Virus record (IMG/VR): IMGVR_UViG_3300037439_000033
Span: 1-46,297 of that record
Reading direction: 5' to 3' (one strand)
Length of the DNA: 46,297 nt
Source of the DNA: a virus
Taxonomy: Duplodnaviria; Caudoviricetes
Shown: positions 1-8,504 of the stretch, piece after piece
How the letters are laid out: every line of letters starts with the position of its first letter
How positions within the stretch are numbered: the first letter of the stretch is position 1
The notes under the pieces: model-generated
The model's database searches: none
Told to the model about the DNA's origin: nothing
What the model saw: only the letters and a program-made list of their open reading frames with translations
Position numbers and translations under genes: made by a program

Positions 1-127
1 AGATCAGAACAGATCATCCATAGTTGACGCTTTACATCATCGTTTGAAGCATCATCGCAAATTATTATCTCTCCGATACGAGGATCATTGAACACCTTAT
101 CGAAAGACTTCATCAGAAGGCTAACGC
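1..127. repeat. Terminal direct repeat (copy 1), circular-assembly overlap
   Basis: 1-127 is identical to 46171-46297; 127 is a common assembler k-mer size. Confidence 0.97.
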
Positions 128-170
128 GGTTGTACGTTGTTATACACAAGCTTACTTTATCGACCACCAT
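1..170 (-). CDS. 5' part of GT2 glycosyltransferase spanning the origin (continues 46170 to 45618)
   Basis: ATG at 170 gives MVVDKVSLCITTYNRVSLL in frame with MKSFDKVF...; typical GT2 N-terminus (S/T-Y-N-R ... DDAS). Confidence 0.9.
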   Translation of the reverse strand, partial: MVVDKVSLCITTYNRVSLLMKSFDKVFNDPRIGEIIICDDASNDDVKRQLWMICSD

Positions 171-775
171 ACGTACCCGTCCTCCTGGTTAATGAATTGA
201 AAAGAACCTTCTACAGCCCTTGTTACTCCTGGATACGAAGGATGGTTAAAGTCATGACCCGCTATTATTCCTCCATTTCGAACCATATCACTCCATAATT
301 CTATATCTGCCATAACATCACCGAAGGTATGACGGCCGTCGATGAAGACAAAGTCAAGCGGTGTAGATTGGTGATCGTGATTGAAGAATACTTCTGCCCA
401 TCCTTCGTGAGAAGACATTCTTATCAACTCCTGACGGTAGCCGAATCTGCGTAGTCTGTGCAGCGCGTGCAGGTAAAGCTCCTCGTACTCATCGATTCCA
501 AACTTGCCGGCATGTGTGTTACTCAATCCTTCAGGAATAGAATACCCATCCGTGCTGTTGTAGTCCGGAGTGTACGGATCTACGCAATACAGCTTCTTTA
601 ACCCGGGGCAGTTCGATAGCATGTAGTCAGCATGCCCGCCGTACGCAACGCCTATCTCCGCGCCTGTAGTGAATCCCTCTCGGTTGATAATGCCAGCCAG
701 TACATGGTAGTAAAGCTTACCCCAGTTCTCGTCCGCTTCCCGGGCCATGGTCTTAATGATCTTGTGTAGTTCCAT
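152..775 (-). CDS. Class I SAM-dependent methyltransferase (Methyltransf_24-like)
   Basis: AEIGVAYGG motif I, VDPY, DFVFIDGRH..., GGIIAGHDF. Confidence 0.88.
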   Translation of the reverse strand: MELHKIIKTMAREADENWGKLYYHVLAGIINREGFTTGAEIGVAYGGHADYMLSNCPGLKKLYCVDPYTPDYNSTDGYSIPEGLSNTHAGKFGIDEYEELYLHALHRLRRFGYRQELIRMSSHEGWAEVFFNHDHQSTPLDFVFIDGRHTFGDVMADIELWSDMVRNGGIIAGHDFNHPSYPGVTRAVEGSFQFINQEDGYVWWSIK

Positions 776-781
776 TGGTTT

Positions 782-937
782 TTAATGTGTAAAATGATAT
801 ACGATCGATGCTAACGCCAACGCCATTGTTATCCAATACATTATCCAAGCTGTCATGTATCTGTCAGTACGACGAGCAAAAGGATAAAATATTAGGAATG
901 ATATAATTGTCAATACATATAATATAGGCTCTATCAT
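782..937 (-). CDS. Small 2-TM membrane protein, 51 aa (not in ORF track)
   Basis: MIEPILYVLTIISFLIFYPFARRTDRYMTAWIMYWITMALALASIVYHFTH; ATGA overlap with the upstream stop; fills the gap exactly. Confidence 0.7.
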   Translation of the reverse strand: MIEPILYVLTIISFLIFYPFARRTDRYMTAWIMYWITMALALASIVYHFTH

Positions 938-1731
938 CTTGTGTGTATTTGAATCCATCCTTCGGGAATTAAATCGTAGACAGGGTGTTGCACGCCGCTA
1001 GAAATTCCAAACCAAGTTTCTGCTGATGGTGTTATTATGGTCTTGTTCGGATTGCAACCCATCCAACTCGACCACCATGCGAATGTACTATTCGAGTTTA
1101 TATGATGATCGCACGAAGCGAGTGCGCTGAAGTCGTCCCATTCGTCAACACCGCCGTTAAACTTAACCGTGTACACATCCGACAATGGAATGTTTGCTTT
1201 ACACCATTCCTTATCATCAGAGCAAACAAGGAACTTTGTCACTCCATCACAATACATGTGCATCATTGCCTTTACAATGTACTCAAGTGGAAGCGGTGGG
1301 AAGCTGCCAGCATGTTGTACGTAGTCACCACGGCGAACGTGAATTGAACAGTACCCTTTTAAATCTTCGCGCCACCTGATGTAAGGTGCGAATGTTTGGT
1401 AAACATCTGCCTTCGCGTTCTCGAAGTACTTCTCGCTCTGGAAGAACCCGACAAGCTCTACACCTTCCGGGAAGAATGGTATCTCGTGGTAGTTGAACCA
1501 CGTCTCGTCGCGGCCCCGCTGGTGCTCTGCGTACCTGCGATACGATCCACCGCAGTACGGAAGATCCGGCATGAACCGGTCAACCTGGTTAGCGTTGAAC
1601 CCCTGCTCGACGTACCCCTTCTTTATCCCCCACTTTACGCCGTACTTCTTTGCGTAGCCTATGCAGGCGGCGATCTGGAAAAGATTATTCGCTAATCTTC
1701 CGATGAACTTCGGGTATACTAGTGCGCTCAT
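934..1731 (-). CDS. GT11 alpha-1,2-fucosyltransferase-family glycosyltransferase
   Basis: GRLANNLFQ, GFFQSEKYF, HVRRGDY, SDD, NSTFAWW motifs. Confidence 0.93.
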   Translation of the reverse strand: MSALVYPKFIGRLANNLFQIAACIGYAKKYGVKWGIKKGYVEQGFNANQVDRFMPDLPYCGGSYRRYAEHQRGRDETWFNYHEIPFFPEGVELVGFFQSEKYFENAKADVYQTFAPYIRWREDLKGYCSIHVRRGDYVQHAGSFPPLPLEYIVKAMMHMYCDGVTKFLVCSDDKEWCKANIPLSDVYTVKFNGGVDEWDDFSALASCDHHINSNSTFAWWSSWMGCNPNKTIITPSAETWFGISSGVQHPVYDLIPEGWIQIHTR

Positions 1732-1997
1732 TGATTACGTTTTTTAATGTATTCTTGCGCTTCTTTTTTGATACTCCAAATACCATCGCGCCATTCCCCT
1801 CCATTGAACTGCATCAACTGTCCGCACATTATCTGATCGATGTGAGCCCACAATCGGAATCTATCTTCACCATGAGGAGTACTTTTATCTGTCTCGTTTT
1901 GCAACTGACGCATTCTTTTAATAATTGATTCCAACGCAAACTTAGCGCCTTCGTCAAAAGCTTTTGATTCAATTGCTTCTTTGAATGGGCTTTTCAT
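1728..1997 (-). CDS. Hypothetical protein
   Basis: ATGA overlaps at both ends; AT-rich. Confidence 0.7.
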   Translation of the reverse strand: MKSPFKEAIESKAFDEGAKFALESIIKRMRQLQNETDKSTPHGEDRFRLWAHIDQIMCGQLMQFNGGEWRDGIWSIKKEAQEYIKKRNQ

Positions 1998-2650
1998 AGT
2001 GGTATTACCTTTACGTGTTTCTTTTCATTCTGTAGGTATATCGAGAAAAGGCGTTCGAGTACGAATACTCCGATAGGCCAGTCGTCTAACCCGAGTTTCT
2101 CTTTGATGATCTTGCGCTCTCCTTCTGTCTTGTACTTAGCGTAGCCTGACGGGGCGCGGAATATCTCCGGGTTCTCCTTCATGAAAGCAATCGCAGGACG
2201 TAGGTAGCGACGGACATAGTCCTGATACAGATCACGATCAGCCACGAAATGATTCTCATAGATGGTGTGGGTTACTTCCTGTGGTATTTTTATCAGGTCG
2301 CGCAGTCTTTCGATAGCCGGTGTCCAGTGCGGGTAGTGCCATGTCTTTGCAGCTTCTAAAGGCCGGTGATTGTTCGAGCGAGGCGTTAGTATGGCCACGT
2401 CGTAGTCAAGCGTGCGCAACACTTCCTCAGTCAGCTCGCCCTTAGTTCTGATCGAGTCCTGACGCTTTGCCTTCAGACGCCAGGAGCATACGCCTATCAA
2501 TTCTGATTCAAGCGTAGGGACAAGCGATGATATTACCCAATTCTCGAAGAACTCGTTCAGATTGTGATTATACCATGGCAGAGCGAAATCATACAACTCT
2601 GTGTAATGCTCGTGCTTATAAGTTACCTGATAGAAGTCGAGTGTCCTCAT
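1994..2650 (-). CDS. Putative glycosyltransferase-like protein (DUF4422-like)
   Basis: E...IGVCSWR, N-h-F-V...Y...L and C-terminal h-h-ERL pattern; sits in the glycan cluster. Confidence 0.55.
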   Translation of the reverse strand: MRTLDFYQVTYKHEHYTELYDFALPWYNHNLNEFFENWVISSLVPTLESELIGVCSWRLKAKRQDSIRTKGELTEEVLRTLDYDVAILTPRSNNHRPLEAAKTWHYPHWTPAIERLRDLIKIPQEVTHTIYENHFVADRDLYQDYVRRYLRPAIAFMKENPEIFRAPSGYAKYKTEGERKIIKEKLGLDDWPIGVFVLERLFSIYLQNEKKHVKVIPL

Positions 2651-2829
2651 GCCTGCTCACAGATAGTTTTAATCCAACTAGCCGGAACAGTCTTTTGTTT
2701 ATCGTCTTCTGACAAAACAATTAGATATGTGTCACCAGCGCATAGATATTCATATATTACTAATCCAGATTCTATTGGCCAGTCGTTACCATATTTATTC
2801 TGAAAATGTATCCTCTTTCCTACTATCAT
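2647..2829 (-). CDS. Small hypothetical protein (SH3-like beta pattern)
   Basis: ATGA overlaps at both ends; resembles 14855-15109 and 26258-26461. Confidence 0.65.
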   Translation of the reverse strand: MIVGKRIHFQNKYGNDWPIESGLVIYEYLCAGDTYLIVLSEDDKQKTVPASWIKTICEQA

Positions 2830-3035
2830 GATCCTGATTTTTCAAGCCATTCTTTAACCTTAGCGAAACACTTCGAGCAGCCCCACTTCGTGTACAACTC
2901 TCCGCCCGGGTGAGCATCGTTGTACAAACCAAACGCTATATTCCAGAGACGTGATCCACTCTCTGCATTGTGCCACTCCGATGATGCACGTAACGTGTCC
3001 CGGATAGACTCGCGGGTGTGGGCGGGCTTACTCAT
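2826..3035 (-). CDS. Hypothetical protein with CxxC
   Basis: WGCSKC motif; coupled to neighbours. Confidence 0.7.
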   Translation of the reverse strand: MSKPAHTRESIRDTLRASSEWHNAESGSRLWNIAFGLYNDAHPGGELYTKWGCSKCFAKVKEWLEKSGS

Positions 3036-3241
3036 GGGTTAGCAAGTTTTTCCATTACCTCGCACATGTACACGCTACAGAAAGACACTCCGGTTTTGCC
3101 GCATCGGCTACAATCGTGCTTGTGAACCTTGCTGTATTGATGTGATCTGTGACGATTCCTGTCGATGAATCCCTGTCGGTATCCTGCCTCGAATGCTTCC
3201 GCATCCATAGCCTTTTTTATTGGGTCAAAAGGTTTACTCAT
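3032..3241 (-). CDS. Small Cys/His-rich hypothetical protein
   Basis: ATG at 3241 downstream of a predicted promoter; HxCxxC...CxxxxC. Confidence 0.65.
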   Translation of the reverse strand: MSKPFDPIKKAMDAEAFEAGYRQGFIDRNRHRSHQYSKVHKHDCSRCGKTGVSFCSVYMCEVMEKLANP

Positions 3242-3261
3242 ACGTGTGTTTTTATCCTGAT

Positions 3262-3293
3262 GCAACCTACAAATAAAATTCTAATCTACAAAG
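3262..3293 (-). promoter_or_regulatory. Bacteroidota-type promoter for the small-ORF/glycan cluster
   Basis: TTTG-N19-TAGGTTGC, a near match to the -33/-7 consensus. Confidence 0.5.
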
Positions 3294-3322
3294 AAAAAGC
3301 GCCTCAGTTTCCCGAGACGCTT
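3291..3322 (-). terminator. Intrinsic terminator after the capsid/tail-tube genes
   Basis: GCGTCTCGG-GAAA-CTGAGGCGC followed by TTTTTCTT. Confidence 0.8.
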
Positions 3323-3458
3323 CCTGGATAAATACACACTACACGTATTCAAAAAAAGCTCAATGACCTCCAGGCACCATATAGGAATTACCACTGTGTC
3401 GGGTGCGGTATGGGTTCATTTAGCCGCTACCGTGATCACCTTTTGAGGCATTGAAATC

Positions 3459-4019
3459 TTACAATTCAAACGATTCGAGATAGTTTAAAGTTGCCTGATA
3501 ACCCCCTGGCAGGCGGAAACGCAGCTTCTTCGTCTTCTCTGAACCGGTCAACGTAACCGTGTCGGTCGTGTCAGAGTCTGACGTCTGCCCGCTGTTCTGC
3601 GTGGCCGCTGTCGCGCTCAATCCGTTTCCGGCACCGAGGATGAAGAAGTTCTGGTTGTTGTCCTCAATGATTATTACAACGTCCTGGGCGATCTCCAACT
3701 GTTGCAGGGTAACGTCGTCAGCCGTAGACTTTGCCAGCACCTTAGCGGTGACCGTGTGCGTCCACGACTTGTTACCACCACCTGTTACAGCGAGTTCATC
3801 ACCGAACGTATGCGAGTACTTCTGGCCGTCGAACCGGTAGAGTCCACCGTAAGGACCGAAGTCCAAAGAGGCGATGTCACCGGTCTGCGCCAGGGATATT
3901 TGGGTGTCTAAACTGCTCCTTTGAAGTACCCAAAAGTGAGGGGCAGCGCCCCCCACTCCAAGAATATCTTCGCAATCGGCGTTCAGTCCACCTGTGATTT
4001 TACAATTCTTTAACACCAT
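3459..4019 (-). CDS. Probable major tail (tube) protein
   Basis: 186 aa, directly after the capsid gene; C.IT.G...DC...GVGG N-terminus and IIEDNN..F.LG pattern seen in Bacteroidota phage tail tubes. Confidence 0.65.
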   Translation of the reverse strand: MVLKNCKITGGLNADCEDILGVGGAAPHFWVLQRSSLDTQISLAQTGDIASLDFGPYGGLYRFDGQKYSHTFGDELAVTGGGNKSWTHTVTAKVLAKSTADDVTLQQLEIAQDVVIIIEDNNQNFFILGAGNGLSATAATQNSGQTSDSDTTDTVTLTGSEKTKKLRFRLPGGYQATLNYLESFEL

Positions 4020-4031
4020 TGGTTCGCTAGT

Positions 4032-5063
4032 TTAGTATGCGATTGTTGACAGTTGGCAGTGCAGGTACTGGTACCCGAACTTCATGTTACCTTCGAAGTA
4101 GTACTTGCGGTCTTTCCGTTCGTACCAGCCTTCAACCTTGTTCAGGTCAGCGCTATTCTCCACACCGATGATGTGGTTTTCTTTGATCGTCAAAAGGATC
4201 AGGTTGCGTGAGGTGGCGTACAGCGGGTTGGTAGGATCGTTCAGGAACTCATCCCACAGACGGATAGGGATCAAAGGAATGCCGTTGAAGGTCACTCGCT
4301 TAACGCCGTCTACTGTGGCTGTGTATGCCTGCTCGCTCAAGCCAGCGCCGATACCTTGAAGTGAACGTACGTAGGCATCGTAAATCGAACCTGTTACGTA
4401 GAACTTCAACTTGCTGAAGTTAGACTTCAGGATGTCGCTAGACTGATCGTAAACAGCTTGCAGCGCTGCCATGGCGTTGGCCGGTGTTACTGATGCTGTG
4501 CCAAGGGTAGTACCCGTAGCGCGGCGCACGCAGTAGTTAGAACCACCCGAGCTATCGATCAGGCGGGGCCAGATACCGTTGATGGTATTCCAATCAGCGC
4601 TAGAGCTGTCTTGATCACCGAAGAAGATACGGCGGGCGATGTCACGGCGTAGGCCGGTCTCTATCACCTGATCAATGATTCTGGCAACCGGGGTGCCTGA
4701 CGGGTCGAATGAATTGATACCGGTCTTCAGCCACTCCTGAGCGAGGTTGTTGTACTTGCCCGCTAGTTGCTGTGTGAAGTCGTCCTTACACCATTCCAGG
4801 TTCAGTTCGAACTCTTTCACTTCCAGGGTAACGTTACCTATGGCAACAGTACCGTTGTACGTGCGAGAGCAACCAACGTAAGGCTTCAGGATCTTATCCA
4901 AGTTCGGTACGACGTTATAGATCTTCCGGAATGAAATACCCGGGTCTATAATCGCGATGTCGGACAGTGCCGGGGCATCGTCTATAACTGGCTTGAAGAA
5001 CACTTCTGTGGTCAGAATGCCATTATAGTTGTATGTAAAGTCGGTGGTTAATGCTGTAGGCAT
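4032..5063 (-). CDS. Major capsid protein
   Basis: 343 aa, directly downstream of the prohead protease; LEWCKDDF...W, IFFGD...NGI and FNGIPLI pattern. Confidence 0.85.
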   Translation of the reverse strand: MPTALTTDFTYNYNGILTTEVFFKPVIDDAPALSDIAIIDPGISFRKIYNVVPNLDKILKPYVGCSRTYNGTVAIGNVTLEVKEFELNLEWCKDDFTQQLAGKYNNLAQEWLKTGINSFDPSGTPVARIIDQVIETGLRRDIARRIFFGDQDSSSADWNTINGIWPRLIDSSGGSNYCVRRATGTTLGTASVTPANAMAALQAVYDQSSDILKSNFSKLKFYVTGSIYDAYVRSLQGIGAGLSEQAYTATVDGVKRVTFNGIPLIPIRLWDEFLNDPTNPLYATSRNLILLTIKENHIIGVENSADLNKVEGWYERKDRKYYFEGNMKFGYQYLHCQLSTIAY

Positions 5064-5089
5064 CGTAATATTTTTTACTGGTTAGTTTT

Positions 5090-6292
5090 TTATTTTCTTT
5101 GGCTCATTGCCAGTGCGTTCTTTACGCCAAGCATTGCCGGTTCGTCAAGTAGTTCAGCCCATTGATCAGCGGCAAATGCTGCGTCTGCGTTGCTACCACC
5201 TGCGGCACGCGGTGTTGCTGCTGCTGAAGGAGGTGATGCGTTACCTACCGTGAACTTGTCGAACTCAGCCTTGAGGGTTGAGAACGCCTGTGCTGTGGCT
5301 TTTACCTTTTCCTCTGCTGCTGTGGCTTTCGCTTCGGCTTCTTCCTTCGCTTTAGATGCTTGCGCGGCAGATGCCTTTTCCTGATCGACTGCGGCTTTCG
5401 CCGATGCCAATTCATTCTCAAGCGCTTGTACGCGTGACTCTAATGCGGAAGGAGCAGGCGGCGCTACAGGAGCTGGTGCCGGTGCTGGCGGAGCGGCTGG
5501 CGCAGGAGCTGCTGCGGCCGCTTCTTTCACTTCCGTTACAACTCCACCGGCGACAGTTACAGACCGTCCGTCGGTTAGCGGATACACGCCGTCAGGAGCC
5601 GGAGCGCCGTTAAGCATGGCAGGTTTACCCATCAGATCGCCGTCGCCATCAACTTGCAAAATGTTGCCGTCTGCGAGGGTTAGATCAATGTTCTGTGGCC
5701 CAAATCCCAGGGCGAAGGCGCAGGCCGCAAGTGCTTTGCGAACTGCGGAAAGTTCTTTGTTTTGGTGCATGTTGTGGTTTGATTTACCGAGCGCTACGGC
5801 CCGGATTGGTTCGACGATCCTGTCGGCAAACTTCATCTGAACCGCCTGTTGCGCAGACATGACGGTTTCCTTTTTCATCATCGCTTGGATCTGATCAATT
5901 GGTATTCCCGTCTTCCGTGAATACGCTTCTGCCAAGTCTCGCTGTAGGTTTCGTAGTTCGCTGGCTCCGGCCTCAAGGGAATCGGCGTCCCCCTGAATCT
6001 CGTTCCACGGGTTGTGGATCATGAATATGCTCGGGTTGCGAATCTCGACCGTGTCTCCGGCAAGGGCTATGAAAGTCGCGATGCTCTGCGCCTCTCCCTC
6101 GATGATGGTCTTGATTGGTTTGCCTGCGGCTTTGAGTACGTGATAGGTGTTGAAACCTGCTGCCACGCTGCCGCCTGGGGATTGGATGTGGACAACTAAA
6201 GATGTAGCGCCTTTGAGGGCGTCCATCTGGCGTTTAACCTCCAGGTGGTAATCCCGTTCAATGACGTCATTAATCCATATGTGTCCTTCCAT
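5090..6292 (-). CDS. ClpP-type (S14) prohead protease fused to a scaffold-like Ala/Pro and coiled-coil tail
   Basis: SPGGSV, AQSIAT (catalytic Ser), FMIHNPW; PDGVY...DG...GG.V motif; ATG at 6292 preferred over TTG at 6301. Confidence 0.92.
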   Translation of the reverse strand: MEGHIWINDVIERDYHLEVKRQMDALKGATSLVVHIQSPGGSVAAGFNTYHVLKAAGKPIKTIIEGEAQSIATFIALAGDTVEIRNPSIFMIHNPWNEIQGDADSLEAGASELRNLQRDLAEAYSRKTGIPIDQIQAMMKKETVMSAQQAVQMKFADRIVEPIRAVALGKSNHNMHQNKELSAVRKALAACAFALGFGPQNIDLTLADGNILQVDGDGDLMGKPAMLNGAPAPDGVYPLTDGRSVTVAGGVVTEVKEAAAAAPAPAAPPAPAPAPVAPPAPSALESRVQALENELASAKAAVDQEKASAAQASKAKEEAEAKATAAEEKVKATAQAFSTLKAEFDKFTVGNASPPSAAATPRAAGGSNADAAFAADQWAELLDEPAMLGVKNALAMSQRK

Positions 6293-6298
6293 GATTGA

Positions 6299-6353
6299 CA
6301 AAGATGGAAGGAAAACGAATGTAGTTGCGGTTACGGCCGCATGGTGTGCTACC
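6299..6353 (-). promoter_or_regulatory. Putative late promoter with palindromic operator (copy 1)
   Basis: GGTAGCA-N5-TGCGGCCG, 27 nt, CATCTTTG, 6 nt, ATG; same spacing at 41984-42038. Confidence 0.7.
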
Positions 6354-6537
6354 GGTATTTCTTCACTATTCTGATAATAGTGTCCTTTGAAATCTGATGA
6401 CGTATAGCTATTTGCGTGTAGCTTTTCCCGGCCTTCACCATCTCAAGAACGTCGTAATCACGAAGCACGGTAGGCTCGGAACCTTTGTACTCCACGGCCG
6501 CTTGCCAGAACTTACGAGAGAATTTCAACAGCTTCAT
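6349..6537 (-). CDS. Small helix-turn-helix protein
   Basis: GKSYTQIAIRHQISKDTIIRIV HTH pattern. Confidence 0.8.
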   Translation of the reverse strand: MKLLKFSRKFWQAAVEYKGSEPTVLRDYDVLEMVKAGKSYTQIAIRHQISKDTIIRIVKKYR

Positions 6538-8504
6538 TTACGGCTAAGTTTAGATACTCGCTCACGCTGCTCGATGGTCTTCATAACCTTCATGGTCTCT
6601 GAAACGTCCAGCACCGGAGTAGGTATGTTCCGGAAGGCGTCACGTGAAGTCAAAGCCTCATTGGCCGATCCTGTTGCCATGTTCGTCACCAGTCCGCCAG
6701 CAGCATAAGGTCTAAGCCTCATGCTCTCCAAAGCCGCAATATGTGGCTGTGCCGTGGCGCTTGTGGTGAGCCTCTTCGGAACTACGTACTCGTGCTCGTG
6801 TACCACACCAGCAGGTTTGTAGCCGGTGCTGTCAGGCGATCCGAAGCCGGATCCAGTGTAACCGCCGCGTGCGAACTTCACGTTGTTGATCTGTGCAACC
6901 GTCTTAATACCATTGGCATACGCCAAAACCCTGGCCGCCTGGGCAAGTGTAGGACCTATGATTGGTATACCAACTAAAGACTCGAATGCCTTCTGTGAAG
7001 AAAGAAAAGTGGATATAAGCGTCTGGGCGCTAGCGAATATCTTATATGCTACTGAAGCCTCCGAGAATAACGCAGCCGCCTGCTCTGTTGTATACTCTAA
7101 AGCCGCAAGTCTCTGTTTGTCAAACGACTTTCGAATCTCATTAAGCTTATTCTCATCTGCTATAATTTTATTTGTAACGTCACGAGACACGTCAGCGCTG
7201 GCCTTCATTACGGCCTGCTTGTTCAATTCTGTGCTTATCGCTTCCTTATTATCCTGTGGTGTGCTGTCTGGTGTAGTATCGATATTCCCAGTTGAGTCGG
7301 TTCTAAAGAATTGCCTGTCTCTTGCGGTACGACGCCGGTTATCCTCTATAATTCTTTGCAGTTCAAGTATTGCCTTCTCGGACATTAGGTTCTCGGTCTT
7401 CTTACCCTCTACCTCCTCGGCTATGTCCAGGTTCTCGCGCTGCAAATCGAGTACCTTTTGCTGCGCCTCGAAGTCGTTAACGAAGTCAGGAGAAGCATAT
7501 TTCACTGCGTCAACCAGGATGTTGTTCAAGGCCTTTCGAAGTGCCGCACTGCGTTCTAGCTGCGCGTTTATAAGCCTGATGGCTTCAAGCCGTTCTTTAA
7601 ATGAGTTGTTCTCATCGTCACGCACGCGGCGGTTTATCTCTGCAAGCCTCTCCGCTTCCTTCGCCTCACCTTGTGCAACTATGCGCTGCCTCTCAAGCAA
7701 CTGGATACGGTCCTTCGCATCGGCTATTGCCTTAGCCTGGTTCGCTGCACCGGTACCGAATAAAGCCTGGTTCGCCAAGAATGCCAACCTTGAAAGCGGT
7801 CCGCTGGATGGTCCGCTGCTACCTGTTTGGGATTGAATGAACTTACCGTAGTTGTTCTGGGCCTGTTCGAACGCAGCTCCTATCTGGTTGGTAGCATTCG
7901 CATAGTCACGAGCTCCTACTGATGAAGTAGCGTAAGCCGCAGTTAACGCTGTGATGCCAGCAATCACCGCCGTAACCGGGTTAGCGAACGACTTCAGAGT
8001 GCTAATCAATCCACCGACGTTTGTGCCGTGGATGGTGATCTGCTTCGATGCCTCTACGATAGATTGAGTGTACCGACCAATGTTATCTTTAAAGTTGCCC
8101 GCGCGCTTAGATCCTTCGTTGATCTCGTCGTTCAGTTTCTTGAGCTGCTTCTCAAGGTCGGCGGCTCGCTTCTGCCCTTCCTTGGTGGATATGTTTAGGT
8201 TGTTGTACTCCTTCGTGAGTTGCGCAACCTTCGCACGCATTGCGTTTCTGCTGTTGCTTTCGGTGTCGAGTAGCTTTATCGTCTGCCTCTTCAACTCCTG
8301 CTCGTGCTTCATGTTGCTCTGAAGCTTCAGGCTTTCTTTTACATAGTCTTCCTGAGATACCTTGCCTTCTTTGAATGACTTGTTAAGATCCTGCATTGCC
8401 TTCCGGCTATCCAGAATGGCGCTCTCGACACGTTGTAGTTCCTTCTCTGCACCGGCCTGATCTACTTCGAGCTTTAATATTACCTCCTCCTCGCGCTTTG
8501 CCAT
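6534..8504 (-). CDS. Tape measure protein
   Basis: Long coiled-coil, NIGRY motif, Ala/Gly-rich helices, C-terminal FARGGYTG...AGVVHEHEYV. Confidence 0.88.
   Translation of the reverse strand: MAKREEEVILKLEVDQAGAEKELQRVESAILDSRKAMQDLNKSFKEGKVSQEDYVKESLKLQSNMKHEQELKRQTIKLLDTESNSRNAMRAKVAQLTKEYNNLNISTKEGQKRAADLEKQLKKLNDEINEGSKRAGNFKDNIGRYTQSIVEASKQITIHGTNVGGLISTLKSFANPVTAVIAGITALTAAYATSSVGARDYANATNQIGAAFEQAQNNYGKFIQSQTGSSGPSSGPLSRLAFLANQALFGTGAANQAKAIADAKDRIQLLERQRIVAQGEAKEAERLAEINRRVRDDENNSFKERLEAIRLINAQLERSAALRKALNNILVDAVKYASPDFVNDFEAQQKVLDLQRENLDIAEEVEGKKTENLMSEKAILELQRIIEDNRRRTARDRQFFRTDSTGNIDTTPDSTPQDNKEAISTELNKQAVMKASADVSRDVTNKIIADENKLNEIRKSFDKQRLAALEYTTEQAAALFSEASVAYKIFASAQTLISTFLSSQKAFESLVGIPIIGPTLAQAARVLAYANGIKTVAQINNVKFARGGYTGSGFGSPDSTGYKPAGVVHEHEYVVPKRLTTSATAQPHIAALESMRLRPYAAGGLVTNMATGSANEALTSRDAFRNIPTPVLDVSETMKVMKTIEQRERVSKLSRK

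Noticed and set aside
1-127. Terminal repeat as a biological direct terminal repeat or att site
   Set aside because: Length matches a standard assembly k-mer and it falls mid-gene, so it is best explained as circular overlap
5440-5525. GC-rich repetitive tract as a DNA repeat element
   Set aside because: It encodes the Ala/Pro linker of the protease-scaffold protein
6883-7836. 317-aa + strand ORF and other long antisense ORFs (for example 10077-10601, 26909-27466, 36585-37148, 44870-45370)
   Set aside because: Shadows of well-supported - strand genes; Ser/Leu-rich and without motifs
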